From IMG/VR virus record IMGVR_UViG_3300047181_000007: DNA of 64,000 bases; one strand, 5' to 3'. Position 1 is the stretch's first letter. Each line of letters begins with the position of its first letter. Of the stretch, positions 52,301 through 59,222 are shown piece after piece. The translations under genes and the position numbers were made by a program. A model generated the notes under the pieces. That model saw only the letters and a list, made by a program, of their open reading frames with translations, had not been told where the DNA came from and searched no databases. Source of the stretch: an uncultured virus (IMG/VR IMGVR_UViG_3300047181_000007) (taxonomy: Duplodnaviria; Heunggongvirae; Uroviricota; Caudoviricetes).

Positions 52301-53460
52301 TTTATGATAGGTTTCCATTCAAACCCTGCACCAGAGAATGGTGTAGGGATGACAGCAGAATAAGGACGGACAATTGCAGCTGGACGCTGCCCTTCCACAG
52401 AGATATTTAGCCAGCGATAACCCGCTCTCTCAGCCTCATTCATTGAGGTAATGAATTGTGGTTCAGCTTGTTGCAAATTCCAGATAGTAGCTCCTGGCTT
52501 GAGAGTCGCCTTAGGAGTAGGCATATTGACTTCGCCTACTGCTGGCATACCGTGTTCATTGAAGAACTGAGCATCGGGAGCATTGTCAGAACGTAGCTCA
52601 AGCAAGCCGATAGATTGACGCATCAGCATGGGATAACGCTTGTAAGCATTGTTGATAGCACTAAATTCATCAGAGCCTAATGTTCCAGAAATAAACTCAG
52701 TCATCAATTTAGTGGCAGCTTCATCCCAAAATACATTCCCTAATTTGATTAGTCGAAATAGATCAGGTTGTCCTTTAGGTGCGATTCCAAAGCCCATAGC
52801 CCTAGACCACAAATAATCGCCAGTAAGTATGTCATCAGGCACAGGCTTTCCCTTTACATTTAGTGTGGCTAGTCTAGAGTTTCTGGCAATTATCTCAGCA
52901 ACAGCTTGATAGCTGGAACGACCAGGAACCTGAACTGCAATTGTTTCCGCAAGCATGCGCTGCTGTTGGAAGGAGAATAGAGTAGGGTGAATCATCTGAA
53001 TACCACCAGCTACGGCATGTTCTCCTAAACGATAGCCAGTCCTTCGTAATTCTCCTAGACGCTCTTGTGGATTTTCTGGACCTATAGCAATACCTGATAC
53101 TTCTCTAGGTGCTAAGGCTCCATAGATATATTCGTAAAAGGCTTGAGCAGGACCACGTATCTCCAATTGTGGCTGTTTCTCTCCAATAGGAGCAACATTG
53201 ACGATCTCAGTACCATAGAGATAGCCCCATCTTCCAGCTGTCTTTTCAATAATGGCTTGCCCAAAAGATGTCTTAGGTCCTGGTAGCAAGTCCATTATCA
53301 ACTCATGCGATTCTGAGCTTGTAGACCTAAAGGAATAACGCAAAGCTACACCAACTCGCTCTGGTTTTCCCACAGTAATCCATTCGGCACCTGAAAATAT
53401 TCGCTGAATATACTGCTCGAAATTATCGAATCCCTGAGTCCAGTCTTGGTCGGGTTTCAT
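43342..53460 (-). CDS. Giant tape-measure protein with an N-terminal two-barrel RNAP-like region and a PD-(D/E)xK nuclease motif
   Basis: Follows the tail chaperones; Ala/Gly/Gln-rich helical C-half; GIK-x7-K (51739-51765), RSP...DWDAD (50038-50253), PD..EIK..QxxxY (48190-48306). Confidence 0.8.
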   Translation of the reverse strand: MKPDQDWTQGFDNFEQYIQRIFSGAEWITVGKPERVGVALRYSFRSTSSESHELIMDLLPGPKTSFGQAIIEKTAGRWGYLYGTEIVNVAPIGEKQPQLEIRGPAQAFYEYIYGALAPREVSGIAIGPENPQERLGELRRTGYRLGEHAVAGGIQMIHPTLFSFQQQRMLAETIAVQVPGRSSYQAVAEIIARNSRLATLNVKGKPVPDDILTGDYLWSRAMGFGIAPKGQPDLFRLIKLGNVFWDEAATKLMTEFISGTLGSDEFSAINNAYKRYPMLMRQSIGLLELRSDNAPDAQFFNEHGMPAVGEVNMPTPKATLKPGATIWNLQQAEPQFITSMNEAERAGYRWLNISVEGQRPAAIVRPYSAVIPTPFSGAGFEWKPIINEGQGYTVVAGAYPKDIRVSHPDLPPMDWQNVSIQTGIFRERWVGEGDQRRLEYEKLRGLEGAPLSPGQEYIVGLMTTHGIGGVENQLTPLRVTTPEANAMTISSFTLQLPRAINRMTGYGVDPVSLEYEQMMREQPQNVQSTDVIKEQILRANPHLRVEQVAMGQPVIIATANELVGIKETGVGGYKQEISFVPRPVGAMGVPGEAVPSVVLGIGNQTARHDIYFVTGEGKMPINQFIYGTFGSLPNTNQIKMLQLMNFEAPGLGDEIIRDVTKYWTSLPAEMQRQPQKGIPLELLAETYSRATKTNNVSVNFFFDRLQRLVESKVNPVESMLRFNYYYQKEPIWWAVTRVSASERQLLEQQMEEMRVRTGGTSDASQYVRFTPQGNLQLMEVKARGYWQTTASTLSAEYLTKTPRLGIEETMALNDYDKEIAKLLNMSLEQHPSYTGAEPPHVRGWRLLSNILSFNNLDMRPRPEFTGELGGQTPYKIMNVTDLPSEALDLILSEGRDLGKMKNAAFERFYELTKGAEVLRNPVSGELFPLLKPISEVSHFNYGPEYGFEQGAISGIMRTWGAALEEFVQGASYSQGGRLQDWGRRLSGMVESKEINKLLYSRFPADAFGGRYNLLTGTDLWVSEMPQGVYERIVRGIGKRIGLGGEQLTSWESKISAQVEEQGGLPTLYFRSPNTQLQYNVSTMLAMTPGMIKRKYGFYIPSDTIVQGKFKVSVRPGSPYATGTAGGVGIISAEQFGDWDADQITAVVESLMTTGMFTVDGYLMSREIKDRLPKTPQEAISNFLVGIQKAGGDKASELNVLQSMFKDIVDANDPTKAGSKYIGAIPVTDLIDIVGQRRKVARGGMGIAFNLRRFMEATMSTLPFTTGEVSAARLGQLPGYQQYLDYLKEWVQNTGEISELETMFNTTMFAYDPTNRKISLIGKQGQQAPFSQFWNETPYQTEEGVGSGAQSWYWFGRRLGEAVGKSRWTAEAQAFALANSPEQVEQIAERIKALGSVSAALFETGSGLPAIEGWDIRKSPIGKALIIAGYARTAGLFGKPPKEVETLTSGGRRSFQIANMIKTSPVDLFGRGEDVAYGTYMDQPEFRSVIALYKAVVGKYGPLSPPEALDIYTMAQQRIGVGLGATLQQQLILSTLAITPEQADIIGRAVLTAARKSELKGQYISEVIKNKLELRGSMMGGLAFDDPKVVSVYQGNTIYEGKRMSTVEAIHRKTLKELVLVNVFGLDPNKPEDKLIIDDVKETDAMQEIRMEEGKVFEAGAIPQIKKDWGMVSGEVFTGMKQGFGISLTKLAGATSNEEFIQYARDMKAEGVNLTATGTPDILGTRMIGGEERLFLGEIKRYSQSVLSPYASIQASTYAVMMKAAKAGASIKRFADVIEPMLYSSAEWSGEGGMFGPKLMVEYKAWIDGGRKKGTEGPTLKAARKETERIAGKWRGLINEGKFDVEQISPMMESERTGHASPIVENGKIIFMKGGQIEPEAWVEDIFAAIKTGIETQRNPRLLEELIDTIVQYATVGANAPGMLGKLADIISTIGVPKGHVRSFVGVRGGAARITGGGGGMEGGIPGGGTTVADWEDNFFKRLEQVFTKGLEVVVSHIGGGRTSTGAVETAEAGLAALHAITPEQIKWAAGFQEKVTSFAVAAGHPEWTGGTALGEFAKARPAEFAATIAQRSIPSQLYRLNQAVAAAQQGSVLYGLGVSETARQELSGAIMGGGGVSGAPALVQPGTPGHAMFWGMQAEKLAREEEIGKTRVGKGGKTVYEETAEGLKTMQEAVQKVTTGLTELSEKGLSPQAKAAAQAKVSEGYAQIRAGEVQYNAAQAMGVLTAAAQPGGPQLTADQVQQYGGMVQEGMGGPVARGKANVNKFFRGLIGGWGLMYLSHLASFPMQQLAYGEQQAQQYETAISQYAGGIMGTAAGEPFSAAAYKQLQSYIQYQGTAKAGMDALSAAMPPWMRDIKGVGLGAAAGAAGALYASGVAAQAGAGMAGVSAFFSSVVGPAAVLGAVGVVAAQTYGSYSNPQAAAISGASSLGKGDTLSAYLKTTLATDIWGVKVGDPGRVGAAGGQTMTYKPSAYVLKGILPDQLAAIMNNYNKKMEGGMSAVQAQAETGMPSEALYMSVSALATQAIYSGLDPTLLSQNALKLSAAGMSYNALIPMTKTEMVGVSLDTLAAQAVQATRLPFTEQNVMQYEQLFGTMNLNRYQQVTMTQAYQGIANMPYAQAQAYGYLDAVSLARGEERQLPILSRAVGNPPAQRTTAVTVPTVTYVPGVGGIPTGLVTENVPIPNPHLRRYYHVEMDAAAQKARRDIAQKTAQMDALERSANYPLFQQQSQVVSNAQAAGIDVSNMVQIKADSSPSELYQALTQMSNWTRQTDIVQASAAMNLPETMRGTLQSMAASTIGGAQAQQIVNQVSAVAPYMASQQQVDAFAGTMIGITQQYGAQGLSQAQKFMNTDPITMARVAMAGGMPAQQQSFYNLMANVDIGVGGNITGMAWGTTGLQRGGSSAFAQGAQIFGTSMFKGMTGGVLSEAQARQMMAGGAQLTDAARAAIYGIAGPNGQIYGGSWGVQLLQNKQTYEYQIAQLGVQQQGQAMTMAFQTGIGLGNYNPTDPRTGQAFNIQGTGGFWGIEDRQRNLSYAQAQWGFQSQQQSLQMQSRQFYENMGLQQQQMNMQRQWTKEDWSYQGQVRNMQWGWQQQDFGENVRFMTGRERRLAERQMGRETTLHDMESEQIEKTKNRQKEMWKLEDERFALQKRQYEEQKDFQEQQLAKQKEFYEMGFDLQKQQTDLSRAYFIEQQKLQTASIAVQATYAEQMKDDNDKLMLIGQQQALNTGLMKVATDDEVTMINTLITGLNWVNDHLPELFKSGTTIPNYVPSTEAPIPDQGPVGQGHKTGLSNYIVPPGYPRDSAFIRVSSGERVDITPLGGAHGFADPWGTTVIPSNRNRSGSIQRIVVPIYIGGDLLEEKVIEIVDGQVRQ

Positions 53461-53752
53461 TGTTCTGTCCTTGCTGTCCTTCTTGTGCGTCAGCAGCAGC
53501 ATTTATAATAGAATAAAGTTCTTCTACTTCAGTGACGACACCAACTTCTAGAAGCCAGATGTGAGGTTGTTCTAGCACACCACCCGCAACTAAAGGTATG
53601 CCGAGTTTCTTGCACTTCTTCCACAGCTTTAGAGCTTCAGGCATTTCGGGAGGTTCTTTCCGAAGTCCTACCTTTAGCTCATTCAGCCCTCCGTAGTATT
53701 CTTGGAGAGCTACACGTAGTTCATTTAGTTTCCCCTCTACAACGCTTCCCCC
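53423..53752 (-). CDS. Tail assembly chaperone extension (gpGT-like), reached by -1 frameshift
   Basis: Lies in the -1 frame of the upstream gene; GGGGGAA slippery site at 53746-53752. Confidence 0.7.
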   Translation of the reverse strand, partial: GGSVVEGKLNELRVALQEYYGGLNELKVGLRKEPPEMPEALKLWKKCKKLGIPLVAGGVLEQPHIWLLEVGVVTEVEELYSIINAAADAQEGQQGQNNETRPRLDSGIR

Positions 53753-54189
53753 AATGCACCGACCCATAGCTGATTTACTTCAAGCACTTTGCCGTGTATT
53801 TCATCAGCAATATCGGATGGAAGTTTGCTCCACGTGTCATAGAACTGTGACTTAGACATAGCTAACACTGGATGTCCTGCAATCTGCTTAGATGGGAACA
53901 TAGCCTTACCGTTCTCATCTTCAAGATTGCACTCAACCATAGTTAGCCAAACTTCAAGACGTTTTAGCTCTTCGTAGCCAATGTTCTGAATGAGAGTTAC
54001 TTCACCAGGAGTATCATCGTTCCACTTACGCTCCAACTTGGCGAAATAATTGGCTCGAAGTTCTGCCTCACCTTGTCTTGCTTGTTTGATGGTGACTGTT
54101 GTTGGCTCATCACCTTCTTTAGCATATACTGCATCTGATTTGTCCAGTGTGAATGTCGAATAAATAGGTGCTATAAGTTTGATAGGCAT
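53737..54189 (-). CDS. Tail assembly chaperone (gpG-like)
   Basis: Between tail tube and TMP; ends LGEAL. Confidence 0.75.
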   Translation of the reverse strand: MPIKLIAPIYSTFTLDKSDAVYAKEGDEPTTVTIKQARQGEAELRANYFAKLERKWNDDTPGEVTLIQNIGYEELKRLEVWLTMVECNLEDENGKAMFPSKQIAGHPVLAMSKSQFYDTWSKLPSDIADEIHGKVLEVNQLWVGALGEAL

Positions 54190-54255
54190 AATTTATCTCC
54201 TTATTCCATCTAATGGAATTGTGGGGGCAAGGCATGAACCCTACCCCCATTTCCT

Positions 54256-55377
54256 TTACGAAGAAGCCCATGCATATTGCGTGGTGCCATTACCAAGGAT
54301 AATCTCGGCGTAGTTTCCAGTGCTAGGAGCAATTGCGGTTCCTGTCACTCTCATCATAACGCTTTGATTTCCAGCCAGACGGATACCGCCGACTACTTGA
54401 TACATGACCTGTGGTGCACGAATCCGCATTTGCCATGCTTGATATGCGGTACCATTAGTGAAGTTAGTGCTTGTTCGTGCAGACAGTGTGTAGATGTCCA
54501 AGTCTGCTACATAAGGCGTGGTATTCCATTGAGTGTAGTTTGTAGCGCCAGTAAGGATACGGCGGTACAGGTCAGGGTCTTGCCACTTCACAACCATATC
54601 AACGGTAAGTGATCGACCAACTACAGTGACATCATTGAGCAGCGGATCGCCAAACACACGTTCCTGACGAATGTCAAGAGGTGCATTTGTAAGTGTCACA
54701 GTAGCAGCTGCTACAGGCAGCTCTTCGGTGGTTGAGATGGTTGGGATTTTCAAGTAGCCCGTAGTAACTACACCAATTGGAATGCTCTGGTAATCCTCAA
54801 AGGTGGTATTGGCATAAGTCCATGTGGTGTCGTTGGTGTACATTGCTGTACGTCCAATAACATCAACACGGCTGGTGATAATACCATCATTGGGAAGGGC
54901 TAGAGTAAGGGCAATGACCTTGCAGTCATTGTACTGTTCCTTGTGCCATGTCGTAGACAGAGAGCCAGGAACCTCTTTGCGAAAGCCCATCCACTTGACC
55001 TCGGACTGATCGGCAGTGTTGAACATGAATAAATGGCGGTACATACCAGTGACGGTAGCACCAACATCAGTGCCCATTGTGCCTGTGCAGTCCTGATTGG
55101 TCTTTGTGGAAACGCTTCCCATCGTTCCATACAGTAGCCAGCCTAGAGTATTCTCCAGACGAGGATTCAATAATGCTCCACCAGAGCAGAGGAACCCTGC
55201 CCGATACGGAATCGTAGGGGTAGGGATGCCACCAACTTCTGGAGGACCAAGACGGTCATCAGAAATAGACCCAAGGTCGATGTCTGATGCACGATGCTTG
55301 TACCAAGTTGCCACGGTGCTCCCTTTGGTGAATTGCGCTCCGAAGCCGAAGATACCGTTCTGAGCAGTAACTGTCAT
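54256..55377 (-). CDS. Major tail tube protein
   Basis: Thr-rich 373 aa, LGWLLYG.MG, synteny. Confidence 0.8.
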   Translation of the reverse strand: MTVTAQNGIFGFGAQFTKGSTVATWYKHRASDIDLGSISDDRLGPPEVGGIPTPTIPYRAGFLCSGGALLNPRLENTLGWLLYGTMGSVSTKTNQDCTGTMGTDVGATVTGMYRHLFMFNTADQSEVKWMGFRKEVPGSLSTTWHKEQYNDCKVIALTLALPNDGIITSRVDVIGRTAMYTNDTTWTYANTTFEDYQSIPIGVVTTGYLKIPTISTTEELPVAAATVTLTNAPLDIRQERVFGDPLLNDVTVVGRSLTVDMVVKWQDPDLYRRILTGATNYTQWNTTPYVADLDIYTLSARTSTNFTNGTAYQAWQMRIRAPQVMYQVVGGIRLAGNQSVMMRVTGTAIAPSTGNYAEIILGNGTTQYAWASS

Positions 55378-55388
55378 TGTACACCTTC

Positions 55389-55967
55389 CTATTCAGGGGG
55401 ACGCCAGGTCAAAACTTGCCAGCGTACTTTCCCACGCCAGATATACTTATCAGCTCCACCGCTTTCAAAGAAGGTGGCACTCTCAGTATATAAAGGTGGG
55501 AGAACCATTTCTCCATAACTGTCATTTAGACCATCTAAAGGTGCGTGATCGAGTGCTTGTAACAAGCGCCCGTAAAAGTCATAAGCATATTGAATGGCTA
55601 CTTCTTCTTTGTATCTCTGCCGCACGAAGTACACTTGCATATTGATAGTACCTCTGCGCCACCAAGTCCATCCACCACCAATCTCGGTCACTGGCATGTA
55701 ACGGACCACGATACTTTCCATCTTGTTCGCATCTATGCGTCCATCCCCATAAGTAGGGTCTTCAAAGTCGCCGCCCGATATTGCTATGGAGACATTCTTC
55801 TCCACAGGGTTCTCCTGCATTCGTCCTATCTTCACCAGTATTGCCCTAGTGGGGTTTGTTTCTGGCACTTCGGCTATTAGCTGTTCAGTCAGCCAATCCT
55901 TCAGCCTAAAGAGTATCATCGGAACGACTTGCGGAGGTATTAGATCATTAGGCAGTGGTAAGGTCAT
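55389..55967 (-). CDS. Tail terminator / completion protein
   Basis: Synteny between adaptor and tail tube. Confidence 0.6.
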   Translation of the reverse strand: MTLPLPNDLIPPQVVPMILFRLKDWLTEQLIAEVPETNPTRAILVKIGRMQENPVEKNVSIAISGGDFEDPTYGDGRIDANKMESIVVRYMPVTEIGGGWTWWRRGTINMQVYFVRQRYKEEVAIQYAYDFYGRLLQALDHAPLDGLNDSYGEMVLPPLYTESATFFESGGADKYIWRGKVRWQVLTWRPPE

Positions 55968-56608
55968 TACACGCTCACCTTCTGATATTTGGGGTTCCTA
56001 TTCATCTCCATTAGGAATAGAGACTGTAGGAAAGTCACGCTCTTTTGCATTGGGTTCTGCTCAGGCGTGCCGCTATCAACACGGGTATTGAATTGTCTTA
56101 TCGTTGCAGCGCTTACAGCTTGTGGAACCAGAAGCAAAGATGCAGCAAAGTAGCTCAATGCAGCAGATGTCCAGCCTGGAGGTTCAACAACAGCCTCAGG
56201 ACTTAGAGGTATGGCAACTTCTGTGTATCGAGCAGTGTAGTAAAAGGTATAGTCTGTACCAGCGACTAATGCCTTAGAGAAAGAGATGTAGCCTGTTGGG
56301 TACAGTATCCAGTCGTTGCTTGCTTCAGTGGAATCTCCGTGGTAGGAATCTGGACTCAGCGTAGCCTTATTGAGAGACTGACCATTCGCATCTAGTATTG
56401 ACTGGACCTCATAGAAGTCAACAGGCAATATGTAGTTTGTGATGCCAGTCCCTACAATAGTAGTGATACCTAGCTTTGGAACCCAGGGTAATATTGCGTC
56501 TTGGGCACTATTGATAGCATCACAAATGACGTTATCGGGATACCCTTCTGCGCTAGGGTCATCTAGCAGGAACAGAATCCTACTACGGAGATTTCCAACC
56601 GTAGCCAT
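55967..56608 (-). CDS. Head-tail adaptor
   Basis: MATVGNLRSRI..LLDD....Y....I..AIN.A, Y.LP.DF. Confidence 0.7.
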   Translation of the reverse strand: MATVGNLRSRILFLLDDPSAEGYPDNVICDAINSAQDAILPWVPKLGITTIVGTGITNYILPVDFYEVQSILDANGQSLNKATLSPDSYHGDSTEASNDWILYPTGYISFSKALVAGTDYTFYYTARYTEVAIPLSPEAVVEPPGWTSAALSYFAASLLLVPQAVSAATIRQFNTRVDSGTPEQNPMQKSVTFLQSLFLMEMNRNPKYQKVSV

Positions 56609-57987
56609 TACTGTACAGCAGCCGCTCCCTTGATGCGGGTCGTGCCAGCGGAGAAGACAACTTCAAATACTTCTGGCGCATAGGTCTGATACCCAAGGTA
56701 TCCGTCCCAAGAGAAGCGCTGTACCATATCGAAGTCATCGACTGGAGCGGGGGAGTGCAGACGAGGAGGCATTGCCACGCCAGACACGATACCCTCGTTT
56801 CCACCAACGAAGATGGAAGCATGGATATTACGTGCCTTGGTCATGTATGCATAGGTGCCAGCATCGGATGTGGTGAAGTCGGTCATAATCGGTTTATCGA
56901 AGATAAAGTGATCGGGACCAGTGCTCTTTGCAACGATGCGGCGGGTCTGTGCAGTACCTTCGGCGTAATCAACACCATTGGTGACTCCATAGGCTGCGGT
57001 ACGGGTTACATGGATAGTGACCATATCTCCAACAACGAAGTCGGAGTAACCGCCAGTGTAGTAAGAACCTACGTTGACGTAGTTCTTGACAGCACCAGTG
57101 GTTTGACCAACCATGTATGTACCATCAACCTTGAGAGAGCCAGGAGGTGGCGCACCATCTCCAGCATTGATTGCAGAAGTGATAAGACCTTGGGCAACAA
57201 GAGTGCCACAGTTCCATAAGACGAGCTTAGGGGACTGGACAAAACGCACGTTCTTGTAGGTGCCAACCTCATAGCGCAATAGCGCTGCGGGGTCTGCATA
57301 CTCGTGAATGGAAATCCATTCATCAGACTTGGAACCCTTCTGAATATCATAGATCACAGAAGGAGTTGTGTAGCACACAATGCTACCAGCTGCACCGCTA
57401 GGACCGAGAGCGGTTGCTACACCACGCAGGCTCATTCCAAGCCAGATGTCGAGCGCAGTGCTGAGGGCGAAGGTATCAGTAGTAGCAATGTCATCAAAGG
57501 CGGTTCCAGTGCTAGGGAACATGGTAAAGCCTGAACCTAATGCTCCTGAGATATAGGCATTGCGGGCAAGTAGATCGAGCACATCAATCATGTGCTGCCC
57601 CAGTGCGCCTTTCATAATCTGACGAATACCTTCTTGGTTATTCTGCTTCCAGTAAGTAACCAATTCGTCATAAGTGTTGTAAGCCACTTTCCCACCGTAA
57701 CGAGAGAAAGTAACTTCAACGGCACGACTGTCGATGTGTGCAGCTGGCATCCAAATCTGCCGAACTGCTAGCGCTGTGGTGTCAGGTTGAGGATCGAGCA
57801 ATTGGGTCATAACCATCTTGGTAGCACGTACATCACCAAGGTTCTTCACAAACCGAATGGTTGGGGTGAAGAGAGCGGACTGTCGGAAAATCGCAATCAG
57901 CTCAGGGTCATACCAAGTGCGTTGATTCTTGTCGATGACTTCCCAAGGATTGTCGCTATAGTAGGTATCAAAATCTCCTGTTGCCAT
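56608..57987 (-). CDS. Major capsid protein (HK97 fold, N4-gp56-like)
   Basis: V.FSRYG, DLLAR, PSVIYDI, YEVG.YKNVRFVQS; follows the scaffold. Confidence 0.88.
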   Translation of the reverse strand: MATGDFDTYYSDNPWEVIDKNQRTWYDPELIAIFRQSALFTPTIRFVKNLGDVRATKMVMTQLLDPQPDTTALAVRQIWMPAAHIDSRAVEVTFSRYGGKVAYNTYDELVTYWKQNNQEGIRQIMKGALGQHMIDVLDLLARNAYISGALGSGFTMFPSTGTAFDDIATTDTFALSTALDIWLGMSLRGVATALGPSGAAGSIVCYTTPSVIYDIQKGSKSDEWISIHEYADPAALLRYEVGTYKNVRFVQSPKLVLWNCGTLVAQGLITSAINAGDGAPPPGSLKVDGTYMVGQTTGAVKNYVNVGSYYTGGYSDFVVGDMVTIHVTRTAAYGVTNGVDYAEGTAQTRRIVAKSTGPDHFIFDKPIMTDFTTSDAGTYAYMTKARNIHASIFVGGNEGIVSGVAMPPRLHSPAPVDDFDMVQRFSWDGYLGYQTYAPEVFEVVFSAGTTRIKGAAAVQ

Positions 57988-57999
57988 AATAGCACCTCA

Positions 58000-58674
58000 C
58001 TAAGCGGATTTCTGTTTGCTAGCCATGTACGATTCCCAAGCCTTCTTAGCTTCCTGAGCCTCTCTCTCCTTACCTGGAACACCAGCCAATTTGACCGCAG
58101 CATCATATAGTCGATCACCCTCGTCTGAAGTGGGCAGTGTCGTTGTGCCGCCCGTGGCAGGGGGAGAACTCCCCTCCAAAGCGGACTTGACGCCCTTTTC
58201 TACGTAAAGTTTGAGAGCTGTACTAAACGAGCCTGCATATTGCCGAAGTTGTTCTTCATTATCAGCAGCTGGTAAGAACCCAATAAGGGGTACGAGATCG
58301 GGAAATTCTTTGATGACTAAATCCTTCATGGCTATTTGTTTGGATAGGTTGTCACGTTCTACTCGAAGCGCCTGTAAATCGGTTTCAAGTTTCTGCTTAG
58401 CTTGTTCAGCTTCATCTTTAACTTTGCTTAGATCAGTTGAGGAAGTCTTGAGTTCCTCTAACTGAGCCGTAGCATCATCAAGTTTCTTCTGCGCTTCTGC
58501 ATAACTTGTTTCCAACTGAGTGCGTTTCTTCTCGGACGCTTTCTGTAAGCCAATATAACGGGCTTCCCAATCAACTGACTGCTGACTCTGAGTGGTCGTG
58601 GACGAGACACTAGTATCACTAGTATCTTCGTTGGTCGAACCGTCCTGATTTTCAGGGTCTGTTGTTGTTCCCAT
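58000..58674 (-). CDS. Capsid scaffolding protein
   Basis: Acidic low-complexity N-terminus, DWEARY.GLQ, coiled coil; directly upstream of MCP. Confidence 0.8.
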   Translation of the reverse strand: MGTTTDPENQDGSTNEDTSDTSVSSTTTQSQQSVDWEARYIGLQKASEKKRTQLETSYAEAQKKLDDATAQLEELKTSSTDLSKVKDEAEQAKQKLETDLQALRVERDNLSKQIAMKDLVIKEFPDLVPLIGFLPAADNEEQLRQYAGSFSTALKLYVEKGVKSALEGSSPPATGGTTTLPTSDEGDRLYDAAVKLAGVPGKEREAQEAKKAWESYMASKQKSA

Positions 58675-58690
58675 GATTCATTTACTCCTA

Positions 58691-59131
58691 TTACACTGAG
58701 ATGTGTGTGCCACGAGCACGCATAGCTACAGTATCAAAGTACTCGATAGCGTAGTATACGGACGAGGCTTGTGCGGTCCCTGATGTTGACACGGCGATAT
58801 TATCGCCAGTTGGCAAGTACAGACCACCGTTGTAAATCTTGAAATTCCCAACAGTTTCCATACTTAGCTCAGTTGCTTTGATAAGGGATTCAGTTGCACC
58901 ATCCTGACCAATAGACACTAAAGTATTGGTGTTACCACTGGCAGCTAGGCACATACCAAAACAGCGGGTAATAACCGTCCCCGCTGGAGCTGCCCATATA
59001 TTGATTGCTGATTCTGCTGTGGTAATAGTACGAATACCCGTAATGACTTTAGGAACGAATGCAACACCCTCAAAGCTATAGGGACCCGCTTTATCAAAAC
59101 GAACTATAGGCTGACCATCTTGAAATGCCAT
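58691..59131 (-). CDS. Small virion protein (beta-sandwich, decoration-like)
   Basis: APAGTVIT, beta-rich; GGAGG RBS. Confidence 0.55.
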   Translation of the reverse strand: MAFQDGQPIVRFDKAGPYSFEGVAFVPKVITGIRTITTAESAINIWAAPAGTVITRCFGMCLAASGNTNTLVSIGQDGATESLIKATELSMETVGNFKIYNGGLYLPTGDNIAVSTSGTAQASSVYYAIEYFDTVAMRARGTHISV

Positions 59132-59222
59132 TGTAATACCTCCGAAGGACTAAAGCGGTTAGTTATGTCTCCATCGGGGCGATCAATATTCAATTATTAC
59201 ATTTAGGGATTTACATTTACAT

